Below are positions 18,682 to 28,532 of a stretch of DNA of 64,000 nt, in pieces (positions within the stretch are counted from its first letter, which is position 1; the number at the start of each line of letters is the position of its first letter). The translations under genes were made by a program, and so were the position numbers. The stretch is from a virus. The stretch lies in the IMG/VR virus record IMGVR_UViG_3300030107_007800, positions 20,578 through 84,577 of that record; one strand, 5' to 3'. Under the pieces are notes generated by a model. That model was not told where the DNA came from, did not search any database, and saw nothing but the letters and a program-made list of their open reading frames with translations.

Positions 18682-19314
18682 ATGACCTCTAATTTTACAA
18701 TAAGTCATTATGAAAAAACGATAAAATCATATATTGATTATGGTTATCTTTTTTGTGAAATGGGAAAGGAAAATAAAAATAGTGACTCACACAAGATTAT
18801 AATGTTTCACGATGTGGATCACGATATATCTTTGTGTAAAAATTTTTTAAACGTTGAAAAGTCTTTAAACATTGGAGCAACATATTTTTTGAGATTGCAT
18901 GCAAGATCTTACAATATGTTGTCTAGACAGTCAAAAGCGATTGCAGAGCATATTTTAGATTCCGGTGGAGACATTGGCTTACATTATGAACCTAGTTTTT
19001 GTCCGCTGGATAAACTTGACTACGCGCAACACATCCAAGAAGAAATGGAAATTCTGTCTACAGCTATAGGCAGGGAGGTGCACCTTTTCAACTTACATGA
19101 GCCAGCCAGAACAGGTGTCGATCTCTCCTCTCTTAACGCAAAACAAAATAGGTGCTACAACTCCAGCTTTTTCAAGGATTATAAGTATTTGTCGGACAGC
19201 AGTTGCAGGTGGAGAGAGGGATGTTTTTCTGAACACTTGGGGAAATGGTCAAAAATTCTTGTTTTAACTCACCCAATTTGGTGGTATAATAATTGCCCTG
19301 CGGAGAACTATTAA
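18682..19314 (+). CDS. Polysaccharide-deacetylase-like protein (WbmS-like)
   Basis: HDVD, ATYF, IGLHY, H.P, YLSDS, LTHPIWW motifs. Confidence 0.7.
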   Translation: MTSNFTISHYEKTIKSYIDYGYLFCEMGKENKNSDSHKIIMFHDVDHDISLCKNFLNVEKSLNIGATYFLRLHARSYNMLSRQSKAIAEHILDSGGDIGLHYEPSFCPLDKLDYAQHIQEEMEILSTAIGREVHLFNLHEPARTGVDLSSLNAKQNRCYNSSFFKDYKYLSDSSCRWREGCFSEHLGKWSKILVLTHPIWWYNNCPAENY

Positions 19315-19322
19315 TAAATAAA

Positions 19323-19667
19323 ATGAATTTTAACGAAACGAAAAAGAATACACCTCACGGAAAAATTGCATTGGTAGATATAGATGATACAATTTGTTTT
19401 TATCAAGATAATAGAAAATATGATTTAGCAGAACCAAACTACAAAAATATATCTAAAATTAATAAATTATATGATCAAGGGTGGAAAATAATTTATTGGA
19501 CTTCACGCGGCAGTATTTCTGGAATTGATTACTCGGAGTATACAACTTCGCAATTAGATAAGTGGGGTTGTAAGTATCATGAGCTTATTACTGGGACAAG
19601 CAAAAAGCCAAAACCAGCATTTGACCTAGTGATTGATGATAAGGCAAAAAGAATAGAGGAGTTATAA
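19323..19667 (+). CDS. Small HAD-superfamily phosphatase-like protein
   Basis: VDIDDTIC, YWTSRG, KP..DLVIDDK motifs. ATG 19323 preferred as start. Confidence 0.8.
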   Translation: MNFNETKKNTPHGKIALVDIDDTICFYQDNRKYDLAEPNYKNISKINKLYDQGWKIIYWTSRGSISGIDYSEYTTSQLDKWGCKYHELITGTSKKPKPAFDLVIDDKAKRIEEL

Positions 19668-19670
19668 GCT

Positions 19671-20678
19671 ATGACTAAAGTCGCCATAATAGGCTGTGGA
19701 GCGATCCTTCGCAGACATATTGAAGCAATAGAAAAAAATAAAAATTTTACCCTATCTTGTTTGTGCGACACTGATTCAAACATCATAAAAGATGTTCAAA
19801 AAAAATATCAAGTTAAAGGATATACAGACTATAAAGAAATGATCGCTAACGAGGATATAGATTTAGTCGCCATAGCAACACCAAATTCGCTGCACGTTGA
19901 ACAAGCAATTTATTGCTTAAAAAACAACAAAGACGTGTTAATAGAAAAACCAGTTTCTTTAGATCCCCAAGGTGTACTGGAGATTGAAAAAGTTGCAAAG
20001 CAAAACAAAAGAAATGCTTATTGCGTCCTTCAGGTACGACTAAATCCCTCTGTGCAAGTTTTTAGAAATGCAATTGACAAAGGTTTACTTGGCACCATAC
20101 GTGGAGTTAGCCTAATTCAAAGGTGGCAACGCCCTGTAGAATACTTTACTGGCTGGAGAGCGATACCTAGCATCGGAGGGGGAACTTTATATGAATGTGG
20201 TATCCACTATATTGATATTATGGGATATATTTTAGGCACCCCAAAGGTAGTAAAATCATCTGTATATAAAACAAAGCACAGACACTGTGAAATAGAAGAT
20301 ACGATTTACTCTTTGTTAGATTATGGAGATTTTGGTGGCACTCTAGAGGTTACTATTTCTGCTGAACCATTTAATTTAGAGTGTTCTTTGTCTGTTCTCG
20401 GGTCTAATGGGTATGTTAAGTTGGGCGGAAAAGCTATGAATGTAATCGAGACATACAATTTTTTAAGCAATGGGTGTAGAATTGAATTTGAAAATATGTT
20501 ACAATCTTCGAAGATAGACAATAAACCAAATTCATATGGATCATACGCCGGGTCGTGTCCTAACCATACTGAATTATATGAAAATTTGTCTAAATTTACG
20601 ATAGAAAAATCTTATCCATCTTTAAAGTTAATTGATGATATATATAAAAAATCAAATTTAGATGTAAGGTATTACTAA
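19671..20678 (+). CDS. Gfo/Idh/MocA oxidoreductase (WlbA/WbpB-like sugar-nucleotide 3-dehydrogenase)
   Basis: IIGCG, IATPNSLH, IEKP, WQRP.EYF..WR, GGG.L...GIHY.D motifs. Confidence 0.85.
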   Translation: MTKVAIIGCGAILRRHIEAIEKNKNFTLSCLCDTDSNIIKDVQKKYQVKGYTDYKEMIANEDIDLVAIATPNSLHVEQAIYCLKNNKDVLIEKPVSLDPQGVLEIEKVAKQNKRNAYCVLQVRLNPSVQVFRNAIDKGLLGTIRGVSLIQRWQRPVEYFTGWRAIPSIGGGTLYECGIHYIDIMGYILGTPKVVKSSVYKTKHRHCEIEDTIYSLLDYGDFGGTLEVTISAEPFNLECSLSVLGSNGYVKLGGKAMNVIETYNFLSNGCRIEFENMLQSSKIDNKPNSYGSYAGSCPNHTELYENLSKFTIEKSYPSLKLIDDIYKKSNLDVRYY

Positions 20679-21379
20679 TGAAAATCGGGATTTTTGCATA
20701 TAATTTTTCTCACTGGAAAACACAACAAGGGATTACTAATTTGGCAATTTCAGGGGTAAAGCCTGAAGTTATATTTGCAGCGGATCGCGTAAATCTCAAT
20801 TTTTATAAATCTAAAATTAGAACCAGCCCAAAAGATTTACATCTTGTTCACCCTAAAGATATAGCTAGCCACTATAAAATAGATTATAAAATTGTCACTC
20901 ATAATTCTGAAGAAGTTTATAACATTACGAAAGAAAGGGGTTTGGATTTGGGGATAATTCTGGGAGCAAGAATACTAAAGCCAATAGCTTTTAGGGGCTT
21001 TAAAAAGGGCGTCTTAAACATGCATCCCGGAATATTGCCTGAAAATAGAGGTCTCGACACAATTAAGTGGGCTATTATTAAGAATATGCCTCAAGGCGTT
21101 ACGACTCATTTAATTAATGAAAAAATAGATAGGGGCTTGTTGGTTGAAAAAGAATTAATTAAAGTTTATAAAGACGACACACTTTTAGACCTTCAAATTA
21201 GAATACAAAATTTGGAACAAAAATTAATGTTAAGTTCTATAAAAATTTTGAATGAAAAGAGTAGCACAAATGGTCTTAAAAATATTCTTGAGGGATCATA
21301 TAATAAATCAATGTCTCCTGATATTGAAAGGGAGTTGTTTCATAAATTTGGCAAATATAAGGAAAAGTTTGGTATATGA
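20678..21379 (+). CDS. Formyltransferase-family protein
   Basis: LNMHPGILPENRG...WAI...GVTTH..NEKIDRG (N-x-H...D catalytic set). Confidence 0.8.
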   Translation: MKIGIFAYNFSHWKTQQGITNLAISGVKPEVIFAADRVNLNFYKSKIRTSPKDLHLVHPKDIASHYKIDYKIVTHNSEEVYNITKERGLDLGIILGARILKPIAFRGFKKGVLNMHPGILPENRGLDTIKWAIIKNMPQGVTTHLINEKIDRGLLVEKELIKVYKDDTLLDLQIRIQNLEQKLMLSSIKILNEKSSTNGLKNILEGSYNKSMSPDIERELFHKFGKYKEKFGI

Positions 21380-22272
21380 AACTGATACAAATTAACGAAT
21401 ATTTAAAACTCCACGATGGTGAGAAGATCATCTACTGCAAACACTCTCCAGAGTACCCCGGCAACTATGAATATGTTTGCAAAGAAGTTATTCCATATAA
21501 AAAACACGATGTTGTGTTGATTGTTGCCGGAAGTGATTGTTGTATGTACAATCAGCATCTTGATATATTACCAAAAAACGTTAAAAAGGCATTCTTTTCA
21601 AATTGCCATATTGATAAAGATTTGTGGGGTGATATTATTGTGCCAATTCCTTTGGGCATTGAAATATCGGAGACAATAAACAAGGGAGCATACTCATATT
21701 GTCAAGGTTTTCCAGAAGGAGCCGAGAAAAAATCCACCCTATCAACCTTTCCAACCGGGGAACCATCTAAGTTTATTTACGCCAATTTTAGATTATGGAC
21801 TAACTTTTTTCACAGAAATCAGGTCAAACAAATGGCTTTAATTCAGCCACATATAACTTGGTGTGCCCCCCACGGTAGCAGTGAAGAGACTTCAGACAAT
21901 CCACGCCCTGTGGACTCTGAACGATTTGCTGCTGGTATTCCGTATAGCAAATACGTCGAAGAAATCCTAGATCATGAAGCTGTTTTGTGCCCCCAAGGCA
22001 ATGACAGTGGTGACAATCTTAGGATATATGAATCTCTTTATCTTTCCAGAGTTCCATTAACTTTTAATGCAAAAATGCACGAAAACTTACATCATATGTT
22101 CCCAACCGTGCTCATAGAAAATTTATCTGAATTGTTTTGTGAAAATAAAAATGATTTGCAAAAGAGAATTAATGATGCTAAGAAAAAGATGAAACATAGC
22201 CATGGCAACGGAAAATATCTTGATTTTAATTATTGGCAAGATATGATATTGAGAGAGGCAAATAAAATATGA
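21376..22272 (+). CDS. Exostosin (GT47)-like glycosyltransferase
   Basis: PIPLG, YANF, VLCPQGN..D..RIYESLYL..VP motif. Confidence 0.65.
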   Translation: MKLIQINEYLKLHDGEKIIYCKHSPEYPGNYEYVCKEVIPYKKHDVVLIVAGSDCCMYNQHLDILPKNVKKAFFSNCHIDKDLWGDIIVPIPLGIEISETINKGAYSYCQGFPEGAEKKSTLSTFPTGEPSKFIYANFRLWTNFFHRNQVKQMALIQPHITWCAPHGSSEETSDNPRPVDSERFAAGIPYSKYVEEILDHEAVLCPQGNDSGDNLRIYESLYLSRVPLTFNAKMHENLHHMFPTVLIENLSELFCENKNDLQKRINDAKKKMKHSHGNGKYLDFNYWQDMILREANKI

Positions 22273-22901
22273 AAAAAGTAGTTGTTTTAGGCAAGGGATC
22301 CCTGTGCGTAAAGATATGTGAATGGTTTTTGAAATCAAAGGAATATGAATTGTCCTGTGTAGTTCCGGTATTGCCAGAGCCATCTTGGACAGATTCTTTG
22401 AGTGAGTGGGCAAAATTAAAAAATATAAAAATTATAACATCAGGCAATTACAGAGATTTGGACTTTGCTCCAGACCTAGCTATGTCTGTGTTTTATGATA
22501 AGATATTTAAAAAAGACTTTATAGACTCTTGTGGAAAAATTATAAATTTACACAACTCGCCTTTGCCAAGATATAGGGGCGTCTCTCCAATTAACTGGGC
22601 TTTGAAAAATAACGAAAAAGAACACGGTGTTACAATACACGAGATAACGCCCGGAATAGATGATGGTCCGATTATTGGACAAATAAAATATAGCATATAT
22701 CCCGATATTGATGAGGTAAAAGATGTGTATCTAAGGGCTTTAAATTATGGGTATGTTTTATTCGAGCAAACCGCGCCACTGTTTGGCAAAATAGTCCCCA
22801 GACTACAAGATGATAGCGAATCTCTTTATTATGATTCAACAAAAAATGTTTTTTTGGGCGACAGAAGGTACTTTACTAAATCAGAAAATGGAGCTAGATA
22901 A
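22269..22901 (+). CDS. Sugar N-formyltransferase-family protein
   Basis: INLHNSPLPRYRG..PINWAL.N.E..HGVTIHEI..GIDDG motif. Confidence 0.85.
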   Translation: MKKVVVLGKGSLCVKICEWFLKSKEYELSCVVPVLPEPSWTDSLSEWAKLKNIKIITSGNYRDLDFAPDLAMSVFYDKIFKKDFIDSCGKIINLHNSPLPRYRGVSPINWALKNNEKEHGVTIHEITPGIDDGPIIGQIKYSIYPDIDEVKDVYLRALNYGYVLFEQTAPLFGKIVPRLQDDSESLYYDSTKNVFLGDRRYFTKSENGAR

Positions 22902-22902
22902 T

Positions 22903-23763
22903 ATGAAAATAGGTATAGTTGGTCTTGGGTATTGGGGAAAAATATTACTAAAAAATTTAGTTGATCTTGGATACAAGGACATAACAATATGTGAAAAGCA
23001 AAAAATTGATTGGAGCCAAATAGGGGGAACTAAATATAGAATAGTGCAGTCTTACAAAGATTTAAAATGTGATTTTGTGTTTATCGTAACTCCTCCAAAA
23101 ACTCATTATGAAATATGTAAACATTTTTTATCAAAAGGGGTGAATGTTTTTTGTGAAAAGCCATTGACGCTCTGTGAGAAATCATCATCCGAGTTATATT
23201 TAGAGGCAGAAAAATCTGGGGCAAAGCTGTTTGTTGATTGGATATTTATTTATAATCCTTGTGTTGAGGCGTTAAAAGAAATTATTAAAAAAAGAGGAAA
23301 GCCAAAAAACATAATAGCCAATCGACTGAATTATGGTCCTGAGAGGACTGATGTATCTGCTCGATGGGATTTATCTAGCCATGATATATCTATAGCGTCT
23401 TATCTGCTGGAGGAATATCCTGCCGATATTAAGTGGGTTGATTTTAAAAGAAATATTAATTCTTTACAAAATGACAGTGTTGTTGGTATAATATCCTTTG
23501 AAAAAACAAACCTACAGGTAAATGCGAGTTGGGAATTTGGCAAAAAAGATAGGATGTATACCTTAGAATTTGATGATGGTTTTGTTTATTGGGATGATAA
23601 TGAAAAGACCGTGATTGATGGCTTTGACAATGTTCAGGTACCCGAACACTCACCATTACACACCAGTATAAGCCAGTTTATCAGCGGCAAGTTTAATAAG
23701 CGACAGCAAAAAAAGATAACTTTAGACACAATAAGGATTTTAGAGAATGAAAGTAAAATTTAA
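22903..23763 (+). CDS. Gfo/Idh/MocA oxidoreductase
   Basis: IVGLGYWG, VTPP.TH, CEKPL, WDLSSHDIS motifs. Start moved to ATG 22903. Confidence 0.85.
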   Translation: MKIGIVGLGYWGKILLKNLVDLGYKDITICEKQKIDWSQIGGTKYRIVQSYKDLKCDFVFIVTPPKTHYEICKHFLSKGVNVFCEKPLTLCEKSSSELYLEAEKSGAKLFVDWIFIYNPCVEALKEIIKKRGKPKNIIANRLNYGPERTDVSARWDLSSHDISIASYLLEEYPADIKWVDFKRNINSLQNDSVVGIISFEKTNLQVNASWEFGKKDRMYTLEFDDGFVYWDDNEKTVIDGFDNVQVPEHSPLHTSISQFISGKFNKRQQKKITLDTIRILENESKI

Positions 23764-24883
23764 TGATTTAAACGCACAATGGCAAGTTATTAAAGAAGAG
23801 AGCACAAAAGGTATCGATAGGCTTTTTGAGCGTTCGAATTTTATTTTAGGAGAGGAAGTAAGCCAGTTTGAAGATAGCTTTGCTAAATACGTGGGGTGCA
23901 AATACGCTGTTGGTGTATCGAATGGAACAGACGCCCTAAAATTGTCAGCCCAAGCATTAAATCTTAACAAGCAAGGTATAACTGATGGATCAAAAAGCTG
24001 TTTTGTGATACCAGCGCTAACTTTTGTTGCCACACTGGGGGGCATAGAGCAGGCTTACCCAAACGCTTGGTGCGAACTCATTGATTGTGATGAAAACTTT
24101 CAAATGGACGTAGGCATTCTGGAAACCTTCGTAGCTAACAATAGGGCACTCTATGATGATATGGTTATTGTCCCTGTGCATTTGTATGGTTACTCCTGTG
24201 ATATGACTGCTATATGCAAAATCGCTAAAGATTGGGGGTGCAAAATATTAGAAGACTCCTCTCAGGCTCACGGCACAAAACACGCTGGACAAGTTGTTGG
24301 ATCTTTTGGAGATATTTCAGCTTTTTCTTTGTACCCCGGAAAGAACCTTGGTGCGGCAGGAGATGCGGGAATTATAACCACTAATGACGAAGAGCTATAC
24401 AAAAGGCTTTTAAAGTTAAGGAATTTAGGATCTGTAGAGAAGCACGTCCATGATATCAGGGGCGGTAATCATAGGTTAGACACTATTCAGGCAATTATAC
24501 TTAATGAAAAAATTAAACACATTGAAGAGTGGAACCAAAACAGAAGAGATGTGGTGGGCAAATATGAAAAATTAATTAACAATCCTTTGATAAAACTGCC
24601 ATCAACGCCGGATAATTGCCTGCCAACGCATCACGTATATCCGGTTATAGTAGAAGATAGAGAGCATTTTATTTCATTTTTGCAATCAAAAAATATTGAT
24701 TGGGGAATACACTACAAAATATGCATAGAAGAGATGGAGCCGTATATTCACATAGTTGACGAGCCAAATGAGAAGGCTATAAAAAATGCACAACATATGG
24801 TTAGTTTGCCCATCCATCCTTTTATGACTGAAAGTGAGGTGCAATATCTATGCGATTCGCTAAATGAATATGATGGGAAATAA
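23747..24883 (+). CDS. DegT/DnrJ/EryC1/StrS PLP-dependent sugar aminotransferase
   Basis: SNGTDAL, VHLYG, EDSSQAHG, FSLYPGKNLGAAGDAG, N.RLD..QA, SLPIHP motifs. Confidence 0.92.
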   Translation: MKVKFNDLNAQWQVIKEESTKGIDRLFERSNFILGEEVSQFEDSFAKYVGCKYAVGVSNGTDALKLSAQALNLNKQGITDGSKSCFVIPALTFVATLGGIEQAYPNAWCELIDCDENFQMDVGILETFVANNRALYDDMVIVPVHLYGYSCDMTAICKIAKDWGCKILEDSSQAHGTKHAGQVVGSFGDISAFSLYPGKNLGAAGDAGIITTNDEELYKRLLKLRNLGSVEKHVHDIRGGNHRLDTIQAIILNEKIKHIEEWNQNRRDVVGKYEKLINNPLIKLPSTPDNCLPTHHVYPVIVEDREHFISFLQSKNIDWGIHYKICIEEMEPYIHIVDEPNEKAIKNAQHMVSLPIHPFMTESEVQYLCDSLNEYDGK

Positions 24884-24885
24884 TA

Positions 24886-25806
24886 TTGATGAATGAAGAA
24901 GTGTTTATAATTACGGGCGGAACCGGTATGGTGGGCTCTGCTTTTAAAAATATATTACCACACGCAGAGTATATAACAAGGGAAAAGTTTCATAACTTAA
25001 ACTACAGCATAGCAGAAAAATCTGTAATACATCTTGCGGCTAGAGTGGGTGGCGTGAAGGCGAATATGGATTATATGTCCGATTTTTTTCAAGAAAATTC
25101 TACTATAAATAAAACGATATTAGACTATGCACACAAAGGCGGGGCGAAAAAAGTTGTTTCACTTTTATCAACTTGTGTTTATCCGGACTTCCCATATGTA
25201 AATTATCCACTGACAGAAGAACAACTACATTTGGGACCGCCACACGATTCAAATTATGGGTATGCATATGCAAAAAGAATGGTCGATGTTATGTCTAGGG
25301 CATATCGCCAGCAATATGGTTGCAATTTTATAACAGCTATACCCAACAATCTTTATGGAGAAAATGATAATTTTGATTTAGAAAACAGTCATGTAATACC
25401 AGCTTTGATAAGAAAAGTTTGGGAGGCAAAAATAAATAATCAAAAATACATTCAATGTTGGGGAGATGGAAAGCCGCTAAGGGAATTCACGTATTCAGAA
25501 GATGTGGCAAAAATATTGATTTTTCTCCTAAACCATTACGAAGATCCAGACCCCATAAACATCGGCAACACTGAAGAATATTCAATAAAGCAAGTGGTTG
25601 AGATTATATGTGATTTATTAGAATACAAAGGAGACGTTGTGTGGCAATTGGATAAACCATCGGGTCAATTTAGAAAGCCAAGCAGCAACCAAAAACTTCT
25701 TGATTTGGGTTGGAAAAAGAAAGATTACACATCTTTAGAAGAAGGCTTAAAAAAAACTTGTGAATGGTTTAAAATAAATTATCCTAACGTTAGAGGTGTT
25801 AAGTGA
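24886..25806 (+). CDS. fcl: GDP-L-fucose synthase
   Basis: [53 protein letters not shown] motifs. Confidence 0.92.
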   Translation: MMNEEVFIITGGTGMVGSAFKNILPHAEYITREKFHNLNYSIAEKSVIHLAARVGGVKANMDYMSDFFQENSTINKTILDYAHKGGAKKVVSLLSTCVYPDFPYVNYPLTEEQLHLGPPHDSNYGYAYAKRMVDVMSRAYRQQYGCNFITAIPNNLYGENDNFDLENSHVIPALIRKVWEAKINNQKYIQCWGDGKPLREFTYSEDVAKILIFLLNHYEDPDPINIGNTEEYSIKQVVEIICDLLEYKGDVVWQLDKPSGQFRKPSSNQKLLDLGWKKKDYTSLEEGLKKTCEWFKINYPNVRGVK

Positions 25807-26786
25807 AAACAGCAATAATAACCGGTATTACAGGACAGGACGGGTCGTATCTGGCAGAATTATTATTGGAAAAAGGCTACAATGTCATTGGTCTAAAAAG
25901 AAGAACGTCAATTATATGTACGGATAGGGTCGATCAAATTATAGAAAATAAAAACTTTAAAATGAAGTACTATGATTTGAATGATTCCGGCAGCATATGG
26001 TCACTTATTAATAAATACAAGCCAGACGAAATATATAATTTAGCAGCACAATCACATGTTCGCGTTTCGTTTGATATTCCCGAACATACAGTTGATGGTA
26101 TTGCACTTGGTACTCTTCGCTTGCTAAATGCTGCTAAGGAATTAGTACCGGAATGCAAAGTATATCAAGCGTCTTCATCAGAGATGTATGGGGATAATCC
26201 GAATTATCCCTTTAACGAAGAGTCTAGGCTAATGCCAGCAAGCCCCTATGCTTGCGCTAAAGTTTTCGCCCATAACCTTGTAAGAAATTACAGAATGTCA
26301 TATGGTCAATATGCGTGTAGCGGTATTCTATTTAATCACGAATCACCCCGCAGGGGCGAAACTTTTGTTACTAGAAAGATTACTATGGCAGCCGCTAGGA
26401 TTAAGTTGGGTTTGCAAGATAAATTATTTTTAGGCAACTTGGACGCAAAAAGAGATTGGGGCTTTGCCGGAGACTATGTTAGGTTAATGTGGCTAATGCT
26501 ACAACAAGAAGAGGCTGACGATTATGTAATTGCTACTGGAGAGACTCACTCTGTAAAAGAATTCTTGGATGCTGTTTTTGATCAAGCGGGTCTGGGAGAC
26601 GCTAGTAAATATGTAGAAATTGATCCAAGGTTCTTCAGACCGCAGGAGGTGCCATATCTCCTTGGGGATGCATCAAAAGCAAAAGAAAAGTTGGGATGGG
26701 AACCAGAGGTAACCTTTGAGGGCTTGGCTAAGATGATGTTTGAATCGGACTTAGAATATTTTAAAAAACAAATAGGAGAAAAATAA
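25803..26786 (+). CDS. gmd: GDP-mannose 4,6-dehydratase
   Basis: [58 protein letters not shown] motifs. Confidence 0.97.
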   Translation: MKTAIITGITGQDGSYLAELLLEKGYNVIGLKRRTSIICTDRVDQIIENKNFKMKYYDLNDSGSIWSLINKYKPDEIYNLAAQSHVRVSFDIPEHTVDGIALGTLRLLNAAKELVPECKVYQASSSEMYGDNPNYPFNEESRLMPASPYACAKVFAHNLVRNYRMSYGQYACSGILFNHESPRRGETFVTRKITMAAARIKLGLQDKLFLGNLDAKRDWGFAGDYVRLMWLMLQQEEADDYVIATGETHSVKEFLDAVFDQAGLGDASKYVEIDPRFFRPQEVPYLLGDASKAKEKLGWEPEVTFEGLAKMMFESDLEYFKKQIGEK

Positions 26787-26787
26787 A

Positions 26788-26991
26788 ATGAATTTATCAG
26801 ATCAGGCTGTTGGAGCCGTTATGATGGCTCTGCAAAAGAGTCTTTTAGAACAAAGCGACATAGTACCAGTCCTTAAAGGGTTTGACTTTGTTGCTGCTTC
26901 CGAGGAAGAAGGGGAAGAAGCCGAGCTTTTTGTAAAAAATCCTCCCTTGGTTAAGATGGGAGTTGAAGAAGTTGGGGATACAGAGGAATAG
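26788..26991 (+). CDS. Small hypothetical protein
   Basis: 67-aa ORF with AGGAG upstream; fills the gap between flanking genes exactly. Confidence 0.6.
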   Translation: MNLSDQAVGAVMMALQKSLLEQSDIVPVLKGFDFVAASEEEGEEAELFVKNPPLVKMGVEEVGDTEE

Positions 26992-26992
26992 T

Positions 26993-27232
26993 ATGCCAAC
27001 CTATTGTTATCATTGCGAAGAATGCGATGAGCATTTTGAAGCATTTCATTCGATGAAAAGCATTGAAACAGTGTGTGCATTGTGCGGAAAAGAAGATTGT
27101 TTAACGAGGGTGCCTTCAATGCCCACTTACGTTAAGTCAAGAAATGCGGGTTCTGTTGTTAAGCAGCATATCGAAGAGGCAAGAATGCAACTTGAAAGTG
27201 ATAAAAAAGAGTCCAAGAGGGAAATAAAATGA
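26993..27232 (+). CDS. FmdB-family zinc-ribbon protein
   Basis: MPTY.Y.CEEC...F.....CALCG....L.R pattern. ATG 26993 with GAGG upstream. Confidence 0.8.
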   Translation: MPTYCYHCEECDEHFEAFHSMKSIETVCALCGKEDCLTRVPSMPTYVKSRNAGSVVKQHIEEARMQLESDKKESKREIK

Positions 27233-27537
27233 GCTTGCTTATATTTTTTCTAATTTTTTCTGTTGCATTAAATATTCTTTTGTTATGGTACATAAGAAAA
27301 ATGCTAGCCAAATTGTTATCGGTATCGGGCAATATGGGTAGTTTGGTCGAGGATTTAGCTTCGTATCAAAACCATTTACAGCAATTATATGAAATGGAAA
27401 TGTATTATGGGGAGCCAAGTATTAAGAATTTAATTGTTCACTCTAGACAGATAATAGATCATGTAAAAGAGTTTAGCGATGTATATAATCTTGTAGAAGA
27501 TAGGCTCGACGAAGTTGAAGAAACAGAAGTAGAATAA
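27229..27537 (+). CDS. Single-pass membrane protein with helical C-terminus
   Basis: Hydrophobic residues 3-21 followed by basic RK and an amphipathic/coiled-coil region. Confidence 0.6.
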   Translation: MSLLIFFLIFSVALNILLLWYIRKMLAKLLSVSGNMGSLVEDLASYQNHLQQLYEMEMYYGEPSIKNLIVHSRQIIDHVKEFSDVYNLVEDRLDEVEETEVE

Positions 27538-27538
27538 T

Positions 27539-28219
27539 ATGAGCAAGAAAAAGAATTTATACTTTACTAAAGATCACGAGAATGCAATTGTGCAGTATTC
27601 GAGAACTGATGATATAAAAGTTAGAACAGAGCTTTATATTCAGTGGATCGAGCCAGCATTCAGCGAAATGGTCAATAAGATAATTTATACTTATAGATTC
27701 ACAAACCTGCCAAACATAGAAGTACTTAGAGACGAATGTAAAATATGGTTAACAACAATATTGGACAAATATGATCCAAATAAAGGGTCTAAAGCTTTTT
27801 CTTATTTTTCCGTCATAACTAAAAACTGGTTTATTCATAAAGTTAGGAAAACAAACCAAAGTAACAAAAGGGAAGTACAATTAGATCAAATATCTAAAAC
27901 TTCTGATATCTCCAATATAACTGTAGAAAACGAATACCACCAAAAAAGAGAAGAGATGGAATTTTGGAGAAGTTTGTGGGAAGAGATTAACTTGTGGGAA
28001 AAAAACATCAATATGAAGCCTAATGAGCAGAAGGTGTATGAGGCAATTAAAATATTGTTGGACTCCCCCGATACCATAGAGATATACAACAAAAAAGCAA
28101 TATATCTTTATATTAGAGAAATAACAGGTCTTAACACAAAGCAGGTTGTCAATAATCTAAATAAGATGAGAGTCAGGTACAGGGTTTTTAAAAAGAAGTG
28201 GAATAGAGGAGAAATATGA
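27539..28219 (+). CDS. Phage sigma factor, T4 gp55-like (late transcription)
   Basis: LDKYDPNKGSKAFSYFSVITKNWFI resembles sigma region 2.3-2.4; N-terminal YF motif; C-terminal IREITGLNTKQV helix-turn-helix; lies directly before the structural block. Confidence 0.7.
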   Translation: MSKKKNLYFTKDHENAIVQYSRTDDIKVRTELYIQWIEPAFSEMVNKIIYTYRFTNLPNIEVLRDECKIWLTTILDKYDPNKGSKAFSYFSVITKNWFIHKVRKTNQSNKREVQLDQISKTSDISNITVENEYHQKREEMEFWRSLWEEINLWEKNINMKPNEQKVYEAIKILLDSPDTIEIYNKKAIYLYIREITGLNTKQVVNNLNKMRVRYRVFKKKWNRGEI

Positions 28220-28225
28220 TTTTAA

Positions 28226-28233
28226 ACTATTTA
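28226..28233 (+). promoter_or_regulatory. Putative late promoter ACTATTTA
   Basis: Intergenic, 8 nt before ATG 28242; same core recurs in three other intergenic gaps. Confidence 0.6.
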
Positions 28234-28241
28234 CAAATGTT

Positions 28242-28532
28242 ATGAAAGACTTAGAATCATATATCGAAGAAGCAATAAAAAACATCAGGAGTGATCGCGC
28301 TATCACCACGACTCTGTTAATGGAGTTGCTGGAGTATATGAAAAAGGATGAGGACAGGAAAGAGTCTGTCGGAACCATCGCCGCGAAATACGTAGAAACA
28401 CTTCAACGCTCTAATGAGCAATTGGTAAAAGTAAGCAACCTCATACAAAAAAATAGCTCAGGGTCCGAAGAGCTTTCAAGTCAAGATAAAGAAGATTTAT
28501 TTGATTTGATTAATCGCAAGGAGGCTGGGTAA
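28242..28532 (+). CDS. Hypothetical helical protein
   Basis: 96-aa ORF between the motif and the hub gene; TAATG coupling to the next gene. Confidence 0.65.
   Translation: MKDLESYIEEAIKNIRSDRAITTTLLMELLEYMKKDEDRKESVGTIAAKYVETLQRSNEQLVKVSNLIQKNSSGSEELSSQDKEDLFDLINRKEAG

Noticed and set aside
1424-26786. Bacterial chromosomal O-antigen/capsule locus
   Set aside because: No wzx/wzy/wzz/ABC or initiating transferase genes, and the cluster is continuous with phage sigma and baseplate genes.
27229-27537. Holin or spanin call for the membrane protein
   Set aside because: No adjacent endolysin or lipoprotein partner; evidence is limited to one TM helix.
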